Shown: in pieces, positions 28,813 through 40,854 of the stretch
Numbering within the stretch: the stretch's first letter is position 1
Layout: the number at the start of each line of letters is the position of its first letter
Assembly (NCBI GenBank): GCA_963765495.1
Contig: CAVXWP010000008.1
Span: 352,001-416,000 of the forward strand
DNA: 64,000 nucleotides
Source: Blastocatellia bacterium
GTDB lineage: Bacteria > Acidobacteriota > Blastocatellia > UBA7656
Reading direction: 5' to 3'
Notes under the pieces: generated by a model
Told to the model about the DNA's origin: nothing
Seen by the model: only the letters and a program-made list of their open reading frames with translations
Database searches by the model: none
Translations under genes and position numbers: made by a program

Positions 28813-30117
28813 ATGAACCAACCAACTGCCGCCGCTCAAGTTGAAACAGAGGAAGACTCGCGGCTCAAGATACGACATCTCAGGTGGTATATATGTGGCC
28901 TCCTGTTTTTTGCTACCACCATCAACTACATCGACCGACAGGTACTTGGAATTCTTGCGCCCGACTTGCAGCGAGAGATCGGATGGTCGGAACTTGATTA
29001 CGGTCGAATCATCATCGCTTTCCAGCTTGCCTACGCCGTAATGATGCTGGTTTCAGGCCGGATCATTGATAAAATCGGCACACGCCTGGGGTTTGCGCTT
29101 GCAATAATCTGGTGGTCGCTATCGGCGATGGGCCACGCCCTTGCGCGAAATGCTTTGACATTCGGCATAGCGCGATTTCTTCTCGGCGTGGGCGAAGCAT
29201 CAAATTTCCCGGCCTCGATAAAGACGGTGGCCGAATGGTTTCCAAAAAGCGAGCGGGCGCTAGCTACGGGGATTTTCAACGCGGGCAGCAATGTAGGCGC
29301 GGTTGCCGCGCCCGTTATGGTCCCTCTCATCGCAGCCGTCTGGAACTGGCAGGGTGCCTTTATCATCACGGGCGCGCTCGGTTTCCTCTGGTTGATTCCC
29401 TGGCTTGCCCTCTACCACAACCCCGAACATCACCCGCGCCTCACAAACAAAGAACGAGAAATAATCAATGACGGGGCCGAAGAAGATTCCACTGAGCGGG
29501 TGCCCTGGCTCCGGCTGCTTGGATACAGGCAACTCTGGGCCTTTGCCGTAGGCAAGCTTATGGCCGATCCGATCTGGTGGTTTTACCTCTTCTGGCTCCC
29601 AAAATTTCTGGCACAGGAACACGGGCTTCGCGGTACCGCAATCATTCCCTACCTCACAACGGTCTACATTATCGCCGATGTAGGGTCCGTCGGCGGAGGC
29701 TACATCTCTTCTGCGTTGATAAAGCGCGGCTGGACCATAAACAGATCGCGCAAGACCGCTCTCGGGTTATTCGCGTCGGTGATGCCCTTTGTCATCATCG
29801 CAAGCCAGACCCGAAGCGCGTGGCTTGCCGTAGCCCTGATAGGGATGGCGGCGGCGGCCCATCAGGGATGGTCGGCAAACATCTACACCCTCGCATCAGA
29901 CATGTTTCCTCGCCGGGCCGTTGCCTCAGTCATCGGCATAGGCGGATGCGCCGGAGGGCTGGGCGGCATCGTGGTTTCAGAATTTGCCGGGCGGGTCTTG
30001 CAGGCCGACCCGAGTTTTTATCTCCCTATGTTTGTGGCAGCGGGCCTGACCTATATCGCCGCGTTGATAATCATCCATCTTCTCGCACCCGGCCTCAAGC
30101 CGGTTGAACTGGGATAA
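28813..30117 (+). CDS. exuT: Hexuronate MFS transporter
   Basis: Motifs [39 protein letters not shown] and [12 protein letters not shown]. Confidence 0.85.
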   Translation: MNQPTAAAQVETEEDSRLKIRHLRWYICGLLFFATTINYIDRQVLGILAPDLQREIGWSELDYGRIIIAFQLAYAVMMLVSGRIIDKIGTRLGFALAIIWWSLSAMGHALARNALTFGIARFLLGVGEASNFPASIKTVAEWFPKSERALATGIFNAGSNVGAVAAPVMVPLIAAVWNWQGAFIITGALGFLWLIPWLALYHNPEHHPRLTNKEREIINDGAEEDSTERVPWLRLLGYRQLWAFAVGKLMADPIWWFYLFWLPKFLAQEHGLRGTAIIPYLTTVYIIADVGSVGGGYISSALIKRGWTINRSRKTALGLFASVMPFVIIASQTRSAWLAVALIGMAAAAHQGWSANIYTLASDMFPRRAVASVIGIGGCAGGLGGIVVSEFAGRVLQADPSFYLPMFVAAGLTYIAALIIIHLLAPGLKPVELG

Positions 30118-30134
30118 TCAGTAAAGGAACGAAC

Positions 30135-31817
30135 ATGCGTAAACAGGTTTATGATGCAGTAATAGTCGGCTCGGGCGCTTCGGGCGGCATAGCCGCGCAC
30201 GTACTCGTAAATAAGGGGCTAAATGTATTGCTTCTCGAGATCGGACCAAAATGGGAGGCGGCAAAGGATTTTGTTACTTCGCACAAATGGCCCTACGAGA
30301 TGCCTTTCAGAGGCAGGGGCAAACCGGGGCAGTATGACGGCCTTTGGAAGATCGATGCCTATACCGAACACCTCTATGTAAATCCCCGGATAGACCGTTA
30401 TGCAACAGCCCCCGGAACCGATTTTCATTGGACGCGAATCCACGCGGTAGGAGGGCGCACTATCACCTGGGGTCGTGTGAGCCTGCGAATGTCTGAATCT
30501 GATTTCAAACCAAAGGCCTTGCAGGACGGGTACGGCGACGACTGGCCTATAAGCTATGACGACCTTGCGCCCTACTATGATCGGGCGGAAAGACTCATGG
30601 GGGTTTACGGCACGCGTGAAGGTCTGGCAAATCTGCCCGACGGGATTTATATGCCGCCCCCGCGTATGAGGTGCGGCGAGCAACTCCTAAAGACGGGATG
30701 CAAAAAGATCACCATACCGGCAATCCCCATTCGGGCCGCTGTGCTGACGCGTAATCACGAGGGCCGCCCGGCGTGTCATTATTGCGGCGAATGCGGGCGC
30801 GGTTGCGATACGGCTTCCAGGTATTCGACCCTCGAAGCCATCATCCCCGCGCTCCTTAAACGACCTAATTTCACCCTGCGAACACACGCTGCCGCTTCCC
30901 GTGTCCTCCTCAACCCTCACACAAAACGGGCGAGCGGAGTCGCCTATATCGACACGCAAAACGGACAGGAGTATGAGGTTTTTGGCAAGACCGTAGTTCT
31001 GGGCGCGGGCGCGATGGAATCAACGAGAATTCTCTTGAACTCCAAAACACGTGACTTCCCCGACGGGCTCGCCAACTCATCCGGCGTACTCGGCCATTAC
31101 CTGATGGACAACATAAAATCCGGCTTTCTCGCCGGATTCCTGCCGCCACTTAAAGGCTGGCCCATCACAAATGAAGATGGAGCGGGAGGGGGCCATATCT
31201 ACATTCCGCGCCACGTGAATCTCAAGGGCGGGCGCAAAGCCGAAGTGCTCCGAGGCTGGCATTTTCAGCCTTCGAGCGGGTCGCCAATGTTCCCCTGGTT
31301 TTCATATCGCATCGGAGGGTTCGGCTCTGAATTTAAGAAAGAGGTAAAGGCGCATCATCCCTCAATAATAACGATGGCGGGGTTTGGCGAGTCTCTCCCC
31401 GATTTCAGCAACTTCTGCGAAATTGACCCGGATGGATTGAAGGATCGTTACGGCATCCCACAGCTTCGTTTTAACTGCAAGTGGGGTGACAACGACCTGA
31501 AGATGGCCGATCTGATGTACGACAGCGCGGAGGAAATTTTGCGGGCCGCCGGCGCAGAGATTATGCCTTTTCAAAAAAGGCAGCCCGCTCCACACGGCGA
31601 CTCTACACACGAAGTCGGGACGGCGAGGATGGGAAAAGACCCCAAGACATCGGTTCTCAATCCGTTTTGCGCTTCACACGATGTCGAAAATCTATTTGTG
31701 GTAGACGGCAGCAGCTTTGTCTCGCTATCGGAAAAGAATGTGACATTGACGATCACGGCGCTCGCCTGGCGAGCCTGTGATTATCTTGCCGAAGAGATGC
31801 GTAAAGGCGATTTATAA
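30135..31817 (+). CDS. GMC family FAD oxidoreductase
   Basis: IVGSGASGG; GGRTITWG; [11 protein letters not shown] Cys cluster; HEVGTARMG. Confidence 0.9.
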   Translation: MRKQVYDAVIVGSGASGGIAAHVLVNKGLNVLLLEIGPKWEAAKDFVTSHKWPYEMPFRGRGKPGQYDGLWKIDAYTEHLYVNPRIDRYATAPGTDFHWTRIHAVGGRTITWGRVSLRMSESDFKPKALQDGYGDDWPISYDDLAPYYDRAERLMGVYGTREGLANLPDGIYMPPPRMRCGEQLLKTGCKKITIPAIPIRAAVLTRNHEGRPACHYCGECGRGCDTASRYSTLEAIIPALLKRPNFTLRTHAAASRVLLNPHTKRASGVAYIDTQNGQEYEVFGKTVVLGAGAMESTRILLNSKTRDFPDGLANSSGVLGHYLMDNIKSGFLAGFLPPLKGWPITNEDGAGGGHIYIPRHVNLKGGRKAEVLRGWHFQPSSGSPMFPWFSYRIGGFGSEFKKEVKAHHPSIITMAGFGESLPDFSNFCEIDPDGLKDRYGIPQLRFNCKWGDNDLKMADLMYDSAEEILRAAGAEIMPFQKRQPAPHGDSTHEVGTARMGKDPKTSVLNPFCASHDVENLFVVDGSSFVSLSEKNVTLTITALAWRACDYLAEEMRKGDL

Positions 31818-31835
31818 TTTAGCGCTCGTTTTTTT

Positions 31836-31908
31836 GACGGGATTTACAGGATTTCAGAGGATTTAATCAGAGTCTGGTTTATTATTTTATAATCCTGTTA
31901 ATCCTGTC
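31836..31908. repeat. Intergenic inverted-repeat element, copy B
   Basis: GACGGGATTTACAGGATT ... AATCCTGTTAATCCTGTC (16/18); overlaps the 3' end of the convergent ORF. Confidence 0.75.
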
Positions 31909-32217
31909 GGATCTTCTACGGGATTCCATCAGCATATCGAGTTTCAATCTCTTCGCCTTTATCTCCATTTCAAGCTGCTCTTTCTGTTCGTCGTTTGAAA
32001 TCGTGTCGGCTCGCTTTCGCAGTGTGCCCAGTTCGCTGAGCAATTCGACCTCGGCCGGGATAAATCCGCTGTTTTTGAGAATCCCAAACCCGATCCTCAA
32101 ATCCTCGGGCGTGTTGAAATACTCATCAAGATTGAGAGGCTTCCCCTTCCCCGGCAGATTGTCAAACTCACCTCTGTCCATGGCCTCGCGAATAAGCTGA
32201 TCGACTACTCTCTCCAT
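31882..32217 (-). CDS. DUF1992 domain protein
   Basis: IREAMDRGEFDNLPGKGKPL...ILKNSGFIP; ATG at 32217. Confidence 0.85.
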   Translation of the reverse strand: MERVVDQLIREAMDRGEFDNLPGKGKPLNLDEYFNTPEDLRIGFGILKNSGFIPAEVELLSELGTLRKRADTISNDEQKEQLEMEIKAKRLKLDMLMESRRRSDRINRIIK

Positions 32218-32236
32218 CTCAGAAGCGCCTCCATTC

Positions 32237-34165
32237 TCACAGATTTTCAATCTGAACCGGCTCGACCTCTTCCGCCAGATCGAAACCGAAGACCTTTGAA
32301 TAGAAATACAGCTCCGCGTCGAGCGAGCGCTTTATGTTTTCAGCGCGACGAAACCCGTGCTGCTCACCTTCAAACGGAACATAGGCTACGGGCAAGCCTT
32401 TCGCGCGGACCGCTTCAAACATCATCTCCGCCTGATTCGGTGGAACCACCTTATCTTCAAGCCCCTGGAAGAGGATCATCGGACACGACAGCCTCTCAGT
32501 GAAATGGATAGGAGATCGCTCGCGATACAGTTCCACCGCCTGAGGGTATGGACCGATCAGGCTGTGATTGTATTGCGATTCAAATTTATGACAATCCTGC
32601 TCAAGCGCCGCCAGATCACTGATACCATAATAACTGGCTCCCGCCTTGAATACATCACGGAAGGTCAGCGCGGCAAGCGTGGTGTAGCCGCCTGCGCTGC
32701 CGCCCCTTATGATGAGCCTTTCGGGGTCGGCCTCGCCCTGCTCGACCAGAAATTGCGCGCCGTTTATGCAATCGTCTACATCGACAATTCCCCATCCTCC
32801 GTTTAGCCTCTCTCTGTATGCGCGTCCAAACCCTGTGCTGCCGCCATAGTTTACATCGAGCACCCCGATTCCCCGACTCGTCCAGTATTGAATGCTCAGG
32901 CTAAGAGTGTTTGTCGCCGCGCTTGTTGGCCCTCCGTGGCTGATTACAAGAAGCGGCGGGCGTTCAGATGCCGGGGCTTCGAAATCCGGGTTTAAGGGCG
33001 GATAATAAAACGCGTGGGCAGTCAGTCCGTTTGATGTCGGAAACTCGATTTCCTGAGGGACCGAAAGGTATGAAGAATCAATCTGTATTTCGCTCGATTT
33101 CCGCAAGATTTTATCCTGGCGGGTATCGAGTTCCAATCGCACGACCGAAGGCGGGCTGGTTGGTGATCCGCCTGCGAAATAGACCTTTCCGGTCGTCGCT
33201 TTCAAACTCGAAATCTGTGTAAATCTCGTTTCGAGAGGCACGAGCCTCGACGTTTCGGTCTCGATCATGGCGAGATGCCAGTCCCCTCCCCTCGTGTATG
33301 AACAGATGATTCGCTCCGGGGATTCAAAGGCATAGGTCGACATTCCAAAGACCCATTGCGGTCTGCCAAACTCGGCATCCATCTCCGCCATCGGCTCATA
33401 GCCTTCGCCCCCGAGCCTGTAAAGGTTCCACCAGCCGGTGCGATCAGAAATAAAGTAAAGCGTCCCATCCGGCGACCATTCGGGCTGAAAGATGGATTCG
33501 CTCGGCCCCCCTCCTACCTGCTCGACTGCCTCGAGCGAACCTGTATCCGTCAGTTCTCCAACCCACAACCGGGTGCCGTCCCAGGGCATGTCGGGCAGAT
33601 TCCACGACAACCACGTCAGTCGTTTTCCATCGGGGCTGAGTCTTGGAGACGAATAAAAATCTTCGCCCGATCTAAGCAAAAGGTTTTCGCCGCTTTCAAG
33701 GTCTATACAGACAAGCGTGTTTGTAGGCAAACTCTCCGGTGTGGAGTGATCTTCCCTTACGCATATCAGGCGATTTCCGGCCTTATCAAGCGCAAAGTCG
33801 GCAAAGCGCTTGCCCGGTTCCCGAGTGAGCGCCTTCGGGTCTGAGCCGGGATGTTGCACATATATCTGCTGATCCGCGAAATTAGAAAAATAGATAACGC
33901 CATCATTGACCGTAAATGCGCCTCCGCCGTATTCGTGGACTGTCGTTCGAGCGTTAAAGGGCGCGGGCGTCATATCTTCGGCTCGGCCATTTGGAGTCAG
34001 GCGAGCAATTACATAACGACCAGCTTCGGAGGGCCGCGCCTCTACCCAGTAGACATCCTCGCCATCCAGCACGATTTCACCAAGCCCGACCGTGGCTGAT
34101 ACTATCAAATCGGAGGTGATTGGCGACCTCCATGAACCGTAGGGAGCTATCTCTTTTTGAGCCAT
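32237..34165 (-). CDS. S9 family peptidase (dipeptidyl/acylaminoacyl peptidase)
   Basis: APYGSWRSPI, HGGPT, nucleophile GGSAGG, DKVVPP and EQHGF. Confidence 0.92.
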   Translation of the reverse strand: MAQKEIAPYGSWRSPITSDLIVSATVGLGEIVLDGEDVYWVEARPSEAGRYVIARLTPNGRAEDMTPAPFNARTTVHEYGGGAFTVNDGVIYFSNFADQQIYVQHPGSDPKALTREPGKRFADFALDKAGNRLICVREDHSTPESLPTNTLVCIDLESGENLLLRSGEDFYSSPRLSPDGKRLTWLSWNLPDMPWDGTRLWVGELTDTGSLEAVEQVGGGPSESIFQPEWSPDGTLYFISDRTGWWNLYRLGGEGYEPMAEMDAEFGRPQWVFGMSTYAFESPERIICSYTRGGDWHLAMIETETSRLVPLETRFTQISSLKATTGKVYFAGGSPTSPPSVVRLELDTRQDKILRKSSEIQIDSSYLSVPQEIEFPTSNGLTAHAFYYPPLNPDFEAPASERPPLLVISHGGPTSAATNTLSLSIQYWTSRGIGVLDVNYGGSTGFGRAYRERLNGGWGIVDVDDCINGAQFLVEQGEADPERLIIRGGSAGGYTTLAALTFRDVFKAGASYYGISDLAALEQDCHKFESQYNHSLIGPYPQAVELYRERSPIHFTERLSCPMILFQGLEDKVVPPNQAEMMFEAVRAKGLPVAYVPFEGEQHGFRRAENIKRSLDAELYFYSKVFGFDLAEEVEPVQIENL

Positions 34166-34263
34166 CCTGATCTTTCTCCTTTAAGCCCGCTTGCCTGCGG
34201 ACGCACATTTATTCTAACTTTTTATTGCCTGATGTCGAAAGTCGGTCCTGGACAAGAATATCA

Positions 34264-35208
34264 TTATGGAAGGTGAAATGAATCAACCTCGCCCTCGCGC
34301 CTGATTGCGATCCGCCCTTCGGCGACCGCGTAATCCAGATGGGCTACGGTTTCAGAGACGGCCAGAAACCTGTGATACCCGTGCGCGTTTGGGAAGAGAA
34401 GCAGCGAGGCATCCCAGGCCGTCACCCCGTCTTTTGGTATTAACTTGAGGAGCTTTGACTGTCTTAATTCTGTAAATCTGTAGAGGCGGCTGAAGTGCTC
34501 GTCATAATCCGTCACATCGCCCCCATGCCCGCCCTTGAGGATCGTAGGCGCAAGTGTTTTGATCCTGGCCATGGAGACCAGATATTCACCAAGCGATTGA
34601 AATCTCTGGGTTTCCTTTATCGGATCGGGACTCAGGACTGGATTGGGCGTTATGTTTTTCAAGACCGTGTCTGATGCGAAGACAAGTCGATTGCTTGCGC
34701 GAAGCAAACAGATAGAGCCGGGCGTATGACCCGGTGTATGCACTACCATTAGACTCTCGTGGTCAAATATGACCTCATCGCCGTCTTCAAGCGTCTCCAC
34801 CTCATCAAGCGGATACGCGAAACCGCGAAACCTGTCGTATCCAGCCTCCATACGATCAACCACATCAGGTGGAACCCCGACCGATGCAAGTATCCTGCGG
34901 TATGCCCTGTAATCGACACAGGGCTTCACGGCGGGCGCATCCCAGGAATGTATGTAAACCTTTGCGCCCGATTCTTCTACTATCAATCGCGCCAGCCCGT
35001 AGTGATCGGCGTGGGCGTGGGAAATGATTATCCTCTCAATGCTTGAGAATTTGTGCCCCCGTCGGGCGAGCCCCTGCCTGAGGGCCTCGATGGATTCGTC
35101 ATCTCGCGGCCCCGCATCTATAAGGGTCAGTGGGTCCTGCTCTATCAGGTAGACGTTGACCGGGCCTACGTAGAATGGAGTGGGTACGGCGATGCATTGA
35201 ATGTTCAT
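34264..35208 (-). CDS. MBL-fold metallo-hydrolase
   Basis: SHAHADHYG and HTPGHTPG; ATG at 35208 avoids overlap with the upstream gene. Confidence 0.85.
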   Translation of the reverse strand: MNIQCIAVPTPFYVGPVNVYLIEQDPLTLIDAGPRDDESIEALRQGLARRGHKFSSIERIIISHAHADHYGLARLIVEESGAKVYIHSWDAPAVKPCVDYRAYRRILASVGVPPDVVDRMEAGYDRFRGFAYPLDEVETLEDGDEVIFDHESLMVVHTPGHTPGSICLLRASNRLVFASDTVLKNITPNPVLSPDPIKETQRFQSLGEYLVSMARIKTLAPTILKGGHGGDVTDYDEHFSRLYRFTELRQSKLLKLIPKDGVTAWDASLLLFPNAHGYHRFLAVSETVAHLDYAVAEGRIAIRREGEVDSFHLP

Positions 35209-35269
35209 CTTCTTGACACGGGGGATGCGGAGAGGAGGCAGGGAGACACGGCTCCCTGCCTCGATAAAA

Positions 35270-37063
35270 CTATGAAAGGTTGTAGCGGCTGGCGGCGACC
35301 AGTGAATCTGCAATTCTGCGACGGGCGCTAACTGTGTCTGATGGAATGAAACGCATGTAACGCTTCAAGACCGATAACATAGTCCGCAATTCATCGCCTT
35401 CGGTCATGGTTGCGAGCGCCTTTTTCGCCTGCGCCTCGATCCTTTGAAGAGCATCATTGGCAAAGACACGGGTCGCGTCAATCTGGTTTGAGCACGACTC
35501 TTCACCGCGAGAAGAGATCAACTTCTCAGTGCGGAGGATTGCGCTCTCCATACCGTAGATGTCCATGATCATGTCGCTTGCCGAGGCGAGCACTTCTTGC
35601 TGGTCCTGAATTTTATCCCTGTATTTCTGGGCCGCAGACCCGAGAACCGCGACAACCACCTGCTTTGCGTTAGAGAGTGCCTGGCGCTCTCTGGCAAAAG
35701 TCTCATCGCCCGGCTCTTCGGGCATCGAAGGTGAGAGGATGTCATCCATCAGCTTTTTAGCTGCCTGAAATAGCGGCAATTCGCCTTTGGTGGCCTTGCG
35801 CAACATCTGCCCGGAAATTATCAGCCTGTTGATCTCGTTTGTGCCCTCATAGATGCGGCTTATCCTGGCATCTCGATATGCGCGCTCGACCGGGTAGTCT
35901 TTCGAGTAGCCGTTGCCGCCAAATACCTGAACACCTTCATCTGCGCAATAGCTCAGGAATTCACTGCCGACAACCTTGATGATCGAGCATTCGATTGCGT
36001 AATCCTCTATCGCCTTCAAGACATCCGCCGGTATGTCCCGGTCAACCGTGGTCAACCCTACTTCTATCATGCCCACCGTGCGGTAGATCATGCACTCGCC
36101 TACATAAGAACGGATAGCCATCTCGGCAAGCTTGTGCTTGATCAGTCCGAATGAGGCGATGGGAACTCCGAATTGATGACGCTCTGCCGCATATGTCGTT
36201 GCGGTCGTTGTAAGCGATTTGCATCCGGTGATTGAGCTAACGCCAAGCTTTAGCCGCCCGATGTTCAGGATGTTAAATGCTATTTTGTGCCCTTTGCCGA
36301 TCTCGCCCAGGACATTTTCTACGGGCACCTTTGCATCTTCCAGATTTACTGCGCAGGTAGATGAACCCTGGAGCCCCATCTTATGTTCTTCGGGCGCGAC
36401 AGTCACACCGGGGAAGGTCCGCTCGACTATGAAAGCCGTGAATTTCTCGCCGTCCACTTTGGCGAAGACTATAAACAGATCGGCAAACCCGGCATTTGTA
36501 ATCCACATCTTCTGACCGTTCAGGATGTAATGCTTTCCATCCTCCGTAAGAACGGCCTTTGTCTTTGCCCCGAGCGCATCCGACCCCGACCCGGATTCGG
36601 TAAGGGCATACGCGCCGATCATCTCGGCAGTGGCGAGCTTTGGAAGATATTTCTTCTTCTGCTCTTCTGTCCCGAAATAGACTATCGGCAGAGTGCCGAT
36701 GGTCGTATGTGCGCCGAGCGACCCGGAGAAGGACGCCTGCCCCGACATCTGCTCGGAGGCGACTAGCGAACTGAGCAGATCGAGCCCCATACCGCCGAAT
36801 TTTTCCGGTATATCTATCGAGAGCAATCCCAGTTCTCCTGCCTTCCTCAATAACTCCACCGTCAGTTTATAATCTTTTGCTTCAATCTCTTCATCCCTCG
36901 GCAGTATCTCCTTCTCGGTAAACTCTCGGGCAGTCTGAGCGATCATTCTATGTTCATCGCTAATATCTTCGGGCGTAAAAATTTCTTGGGGATCGTGATC
37001 CTCAAGCAGGAAGCTCCCGCCTTTGAGCACCTTCTTTGTTTCAACAGTGCTTGTCATTTTCAT
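35270..37063 (-). CDS. fadE: Acyl-CoA dehydrogenase (long, Bacillus FadE-like)
   Basis: KGGSFL, AYALTESGSGSDA and RIYEGTNEINRL; lies in the fad operon. Confidence 0.85.
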   Translation of the reverse strand: MKMTSTVETKKVLKGGSFLLEDHDPQEIFTPEDISDEHRMIAQTAREFTEKEILPRDEEIEAKDYKLTVELLRKAGELGLLSIDIPEKFGGMGLDLLSSLVASEQMSGQASFSGSLGAHTTIGTLPIVYFGTEEQKKKYLPKLATAEMIGAYALTESGSGSDALGAKTKAVLTEDGKHYILNGQKMWITNAGFADLFIVFAKVDGEKFTAFIVERTFPGVTVAPEEHKMGLQGSSTCAVNLEDAKVPVENVLGEIGKGHKIAFNILNIGRLKLGVSSITGCKSLTTTATTYAAERHQFGVPIASFGLIKHKLAEMAIRSYVGECMIYRTVGMIEVGLTTVDRDIPADVLKAIEDYAIECSIIKVVGSEFLSYCADEGVQVFGGNGYSKDYPVERAYRDARISRIYEGTNEINRLIISGQMLRKATKGELPLFQAAKKLMDDILSPSMPEEPGDETFARERQALSNAKQVVVAVLGSAAQKYRDKIQDQQEVLASASDMIMDIYGMESAILRTEKLISSRGEESCSNQIDATRVFANDALQRIEAQAKKALATMTEGDELRTMLSVLKRYMRFIPSDTVSARRRIADSLVAASRYNLS

Positions 37064-37144
37064 TCTCCTTTTATGATTTGAAACCCGGATGCGTTGCGCG
37101 TGATTTCTCGAGCGGTCTTATCACGCACTACCGATCACCCTTCA

Positions 37145-38323
37145 CTAAACCAATTCAAATATACCGGCTGCGCCCATCCCGCCTCCGACACACATGGTCA
37201 CCATACCGTAGCGTGACCCACGCCGTTGCATCTCGTGGAGGATGGTTGCCGTGAGTTTCGCGCCGGTACAACCGAGTGGATGCCCGAGCGCAACCGCGCC
37301 CCCGTTTACGTTCAATCTGTCCTGGTTTATGCCAAGCTCTTTTATTACTGAAAGAGCCTGCGCGGCAAACGCCTCATTTAGCTCGATCAGGTCGATATCA
37401 TCAAGAGAAAGGCCAGCGATTTTCAACGCCTTCGGCACCGCTTCGACCGGCCCGATCCCCATCATATCGGGAGATACTCCGGCTGTGGCGTAGGCGATAA
37501 ATCTGGCAACAGGCTTGATGCCAAGCTCGCTTGCCCGCTTCGAAGACATAACGATGGCCGCAGCCGCTCCGTCAGATGTCTGTGAAGAATTTCCCGCCGT
37601 AACAGTCCCCCGCGCGTGAAATACAGGTCTCAGTTTCCCAAGCGCCTCCACCGATGTATCGGCGCGAGGGCCTTCATCCGTCTCAAACGCGATTTCATTC
37701 GTAACACGTTTTCCTTTTGAATCAAGCTCTACAGTGTGTATATTCAGAGGGATTATCTCATCCTTAAATTTGCCTGACTTGATAGCCTCGACCGCCTTCT
37801 GGTGCGAGCGAAAAGAAAACTCATCGGCCTCCTCGCGAGAAATCCCGTACTTTTGCGAGAGGTTTTCAGCCGTCAAACCCATGTTCAAATAATAATCCGG
37901 CCAGGATTCTACAAGCGAAGGATTTGGCACTATCTTGTTGCCGCCCATCGGAATCATGCTCATCGTTTCAGTGCCGCCCGCGACTATGCAATCAGACCAC
38001 CCGCACATAATTCGCTCGGCCGCAAACGCAATCGCCTGCAAACCCGATGAACAGAACCGGTTGATCGTGACCGCGGAAGCCCCCTTTGGAATCCCCGCAA
38101 GCCACGAAGCCTGCCGGGCTACATTCATCCCCGCTTCCGCCTCGGGCATAGCGCAACCCAAGATCACATCCTCCACCATATCGGCTTCAAGCCCCGAGGT
38201 GCGCTCTATCGCCTCCCTGATCACCGCCCCGGCCATGTCGTCCGGCCTCGTGTCCTTTAATGTCCCTCTGGGCGCTTTCCCTACCGCTGTCCTCAGCGCT
38301 TGAACTATTACTGCGTCTCCCAT
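37145..38323 (-). CDS. fadA: Acetyl-CoA C-acyltransferase (thiolase)
   Basis: Motifs [20 protein letters not shown] and CVGGGMG. Confidence 0.92.
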   Translation of the reverse strand: MGDAVIVQALRTAVGKAPRGTLKDTRPDDMAGAVIREAIERTSGLEADMVEDVILGCAMPEAEAGMNVARQASWLAGIPKGASAVTINRFCSSGLQAIAFAAERIMCGWSDCIVAGGTETMSMIPMGGNKIVPNPSLVESWPDYYLNMGLTAENLSQKYGISREEADEFSFRSHQKAVEAIKSGKFKDEIIPLNIHTVELDSKGKRVTNEIAFETDEGPRADTSVEALGKLRPVFHARGTVTAGNSSQTSDGAAAAIVMSSKRASELGIKPVARFIAYATAGVSPDMMGIGPVEAVPKALKIAGLSLDDIDLIELNEAFAAQALSVIKELGINQDRLNVNGGAVALGHPLGCTGAKLTATILHEMQRRGSRYGMVTMCVGGGMGAAGIFELV

Positions 38324-38422
38324 TCCTTTTTCTCCCTTTTCTAATTACACCTATATACATTTCGTTATCAGACTCGCATCGCTCTTTATCCACGCTCGGG
38401 GCCGGGAACAGAAAAACGGATG

Positions 38423-40829
38423 TCAGTTTCTGAGCGGCTTGCCGGTTTTTAGCATGTATTGGATGCGCTCCTGTGTCTTGCGCTCGCCGCAAAGCGATAC
38501 AAACGCTTCGCGTTCGAGGTCGAGGAGATACTGTTCGGATACAAGGGTCTTGTGCGAAAGGTCGCCCCCTGTTATCACATACGCCAGTTTCCCGGCTACC
38601 TTTGCGTCGTACTCGCTTATGAACTGGCCACGAACCATCATATGGAGAGCAAGCTTTATTGTCGTAAGCGCGGATTCGCCAAGCACGGGAATATCGGAAC
38701 GAGGTTGCGGGGGTACGTAACCTTCGCCCACCATCGCCAGCGCCGTCTGTTTCGCGTCCTCTATCAATCGGTCACCGTTCATCGTTATCTGATCGCTGTC
38801 GCGGAGGAAACCCAGTTCTTTCGCTTCCATCGCAGAGGTCGAGACACGCGCCGTCGCGATAGTCTCAGACACTTTCTTTATCCGGGGGAACAGGTCTTCT
38901 TCGGGCAAAACATTCTCTGTCGCCCTCATCACCAGTTCCTTCACCCCGCCACCTGCCGGTATCAACCCGACCCCAACTTCGACAAGCCCGAGATATGTCT
39001 CTCCGGCCGCCCTCGCCCTGTCGCCGTGCATAGAGATTTCGCAACCGCCTCCAAGAGCCATGCCGTGTGGGGCCGTGACCACCGGCTTGCCCGAATAACG
39101 AAGCGACATGTTGGCGTTCTGGAACTGCCTTACGGAAAGGGCTATCTCATCCCATTCACCCTCCTGCGCCCCCAATAGCAGCATCATGATATTTGCGCCC
39201 ACTGAAAAATTCTCTGCCTGATTGCCTACAACGAGCGCCTCAAAGTTCTCTCCTACTTCCCTTACCGCGTAGTTGATCATCGCGACCGTGTCGCCGCCTA
39301 TCGAATTCATCTTTGAGTGAAATTCCAGACACGCGACACCATCTCCGAGGTCTATCAATGATGCTGCCGCGTTTTTCTTTACTATCCCCGTTCTCTCTTT
39401 CAGAGATTTTAGGATAGTCACACCCGGGCGAGGTTCGACCTCTTTGTACTCACCTGACATTTGATCGAAATAGTATTTTCGCCCTTCGCGCTTTCTCATA
39501 AAAACTCTTCTTGCCGCTTGAGAGCAGGCTCTCAACAAGGGGCGGGATCGCCTGTCCGTCTTCACGCATTCTCGCAACGGATTTCTCTACTCCGATCACG
39601 TCCCATAATTCGAATGTTCCAAATTCGTGATTAAAGCCCCACTTCACCGCGTTATCCACGCTGACGATTGTATCTGCAATCTCCGGGATGCGATTGGCGG
39701 TATAGATCAAATTCTGGCTGATTGTTTTCCAAAGAAATTCACCCACGCGGTCCTTACCGTAAACAAGTGTCCTGATCCTTTCGGCGGTGTCTTCGATACC
39801 CTTCACTGCTTCGATTGAGGGTATTCTCACCTTTTGCGGCGGGCGGTGTTGCATCTCGACATAATCCAATACCCAGAATTCTGTCTTCCCGCTTTCGCCC
39901 CTCTGTTTCTTATAAAAACCCTGCCCGGCCTTATTTCCGATCCATCCGCGCTTGACCATCTCTCGTAAAAAATCGGGTGGAATCAATACGTCTCGTCTCT
40001 CATCGTCCGGCACTGCTTTGTAGAGGTTTTCAGCGACATAAAGCGCCGTGTCGAGGCCCACTATATCGGTGGTTCGAAAGGATGCCGATTTCGGACGACC
40101 CACAATCGGTCCCGTCATAGCGTCTATCTCTTCGATGCTATAGCCGCCTTCTTCCATTACCTTGATCGCATTCAGTGAACTGAAGGTTGCTATGCGATTG
40201 GCAATAAAATTGGGCGTATCCTTTGCGATGACAATTCCCTTCCCGAGCCTGCGGTCGCAAAAATCCGAAATGAAATCGGTGACTTCCTGTTTCGTTTCGT
40301 CTGTCGGGATGACTTCCAATAGTTTTAAGTACCGTGGAGGGTTAAAGAAATGAGTCCCCAGAAAATGGCTTCGAAAATCATCAGGCATCCCCTCGGCCAT
40401 TGCCTTTATCGAGATACCCGAAGTATTCGAACTTATTATCGTACCCGGCTTGCGAAATCTATTGACCTTCTCAAATAAACCCCGCTTTATCTCAAGCTTC
40501 TCAACAACTGCCTCGATGATCCAATCCACCTCTGACAGCCTTTGCAAATCATCTTCAAAATTCCCGGTCGTTATCAGACTCTTTTGCGAAGAAGAGAAGA
40601 AAGCCGCTGGCTTGATCTTGCTCGCGGCTTCAAGTCCTGCGTTGGCAATTCGATTTCTGACCTGACGGCTCTCAAGCGTCAAACCGCGAGACTTCTCCTG
40701 CTCAGTAAGCGCCACAGGCGCGATGTCTAACAGCAAGACTTTGACCCCGGCGTTTGCCAGATGCGCGGCAATCTGCGCGCCCATTGTGCCCGCTCCAAGT
40801 ACAGCGGCTCTCTCTACCTTATAATCCAC
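38423..40829 (-). pseudogene. fadN: 3-hydroxyacyl-CoA dehydrogenase/enoyl-CoA hydratase split by a single frameshift near 39493 (real lesion or sequencing error)
   Basis: ORF 39450-40898 carries GAGTMG and GTHFFNPPRY; ORF 38423-39577 carries the crotonase part (LGGGCE, GLIPAGGG). They join as SFYEKREGRKYYFD if one A is removed from GAGAAAGCGC. GTG start at 40829 with GGAGGAG RBS. Confidence 0.8.
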
Positions 40830-40854
40830 TATCGCTCCTCCATCATTATTGCAA

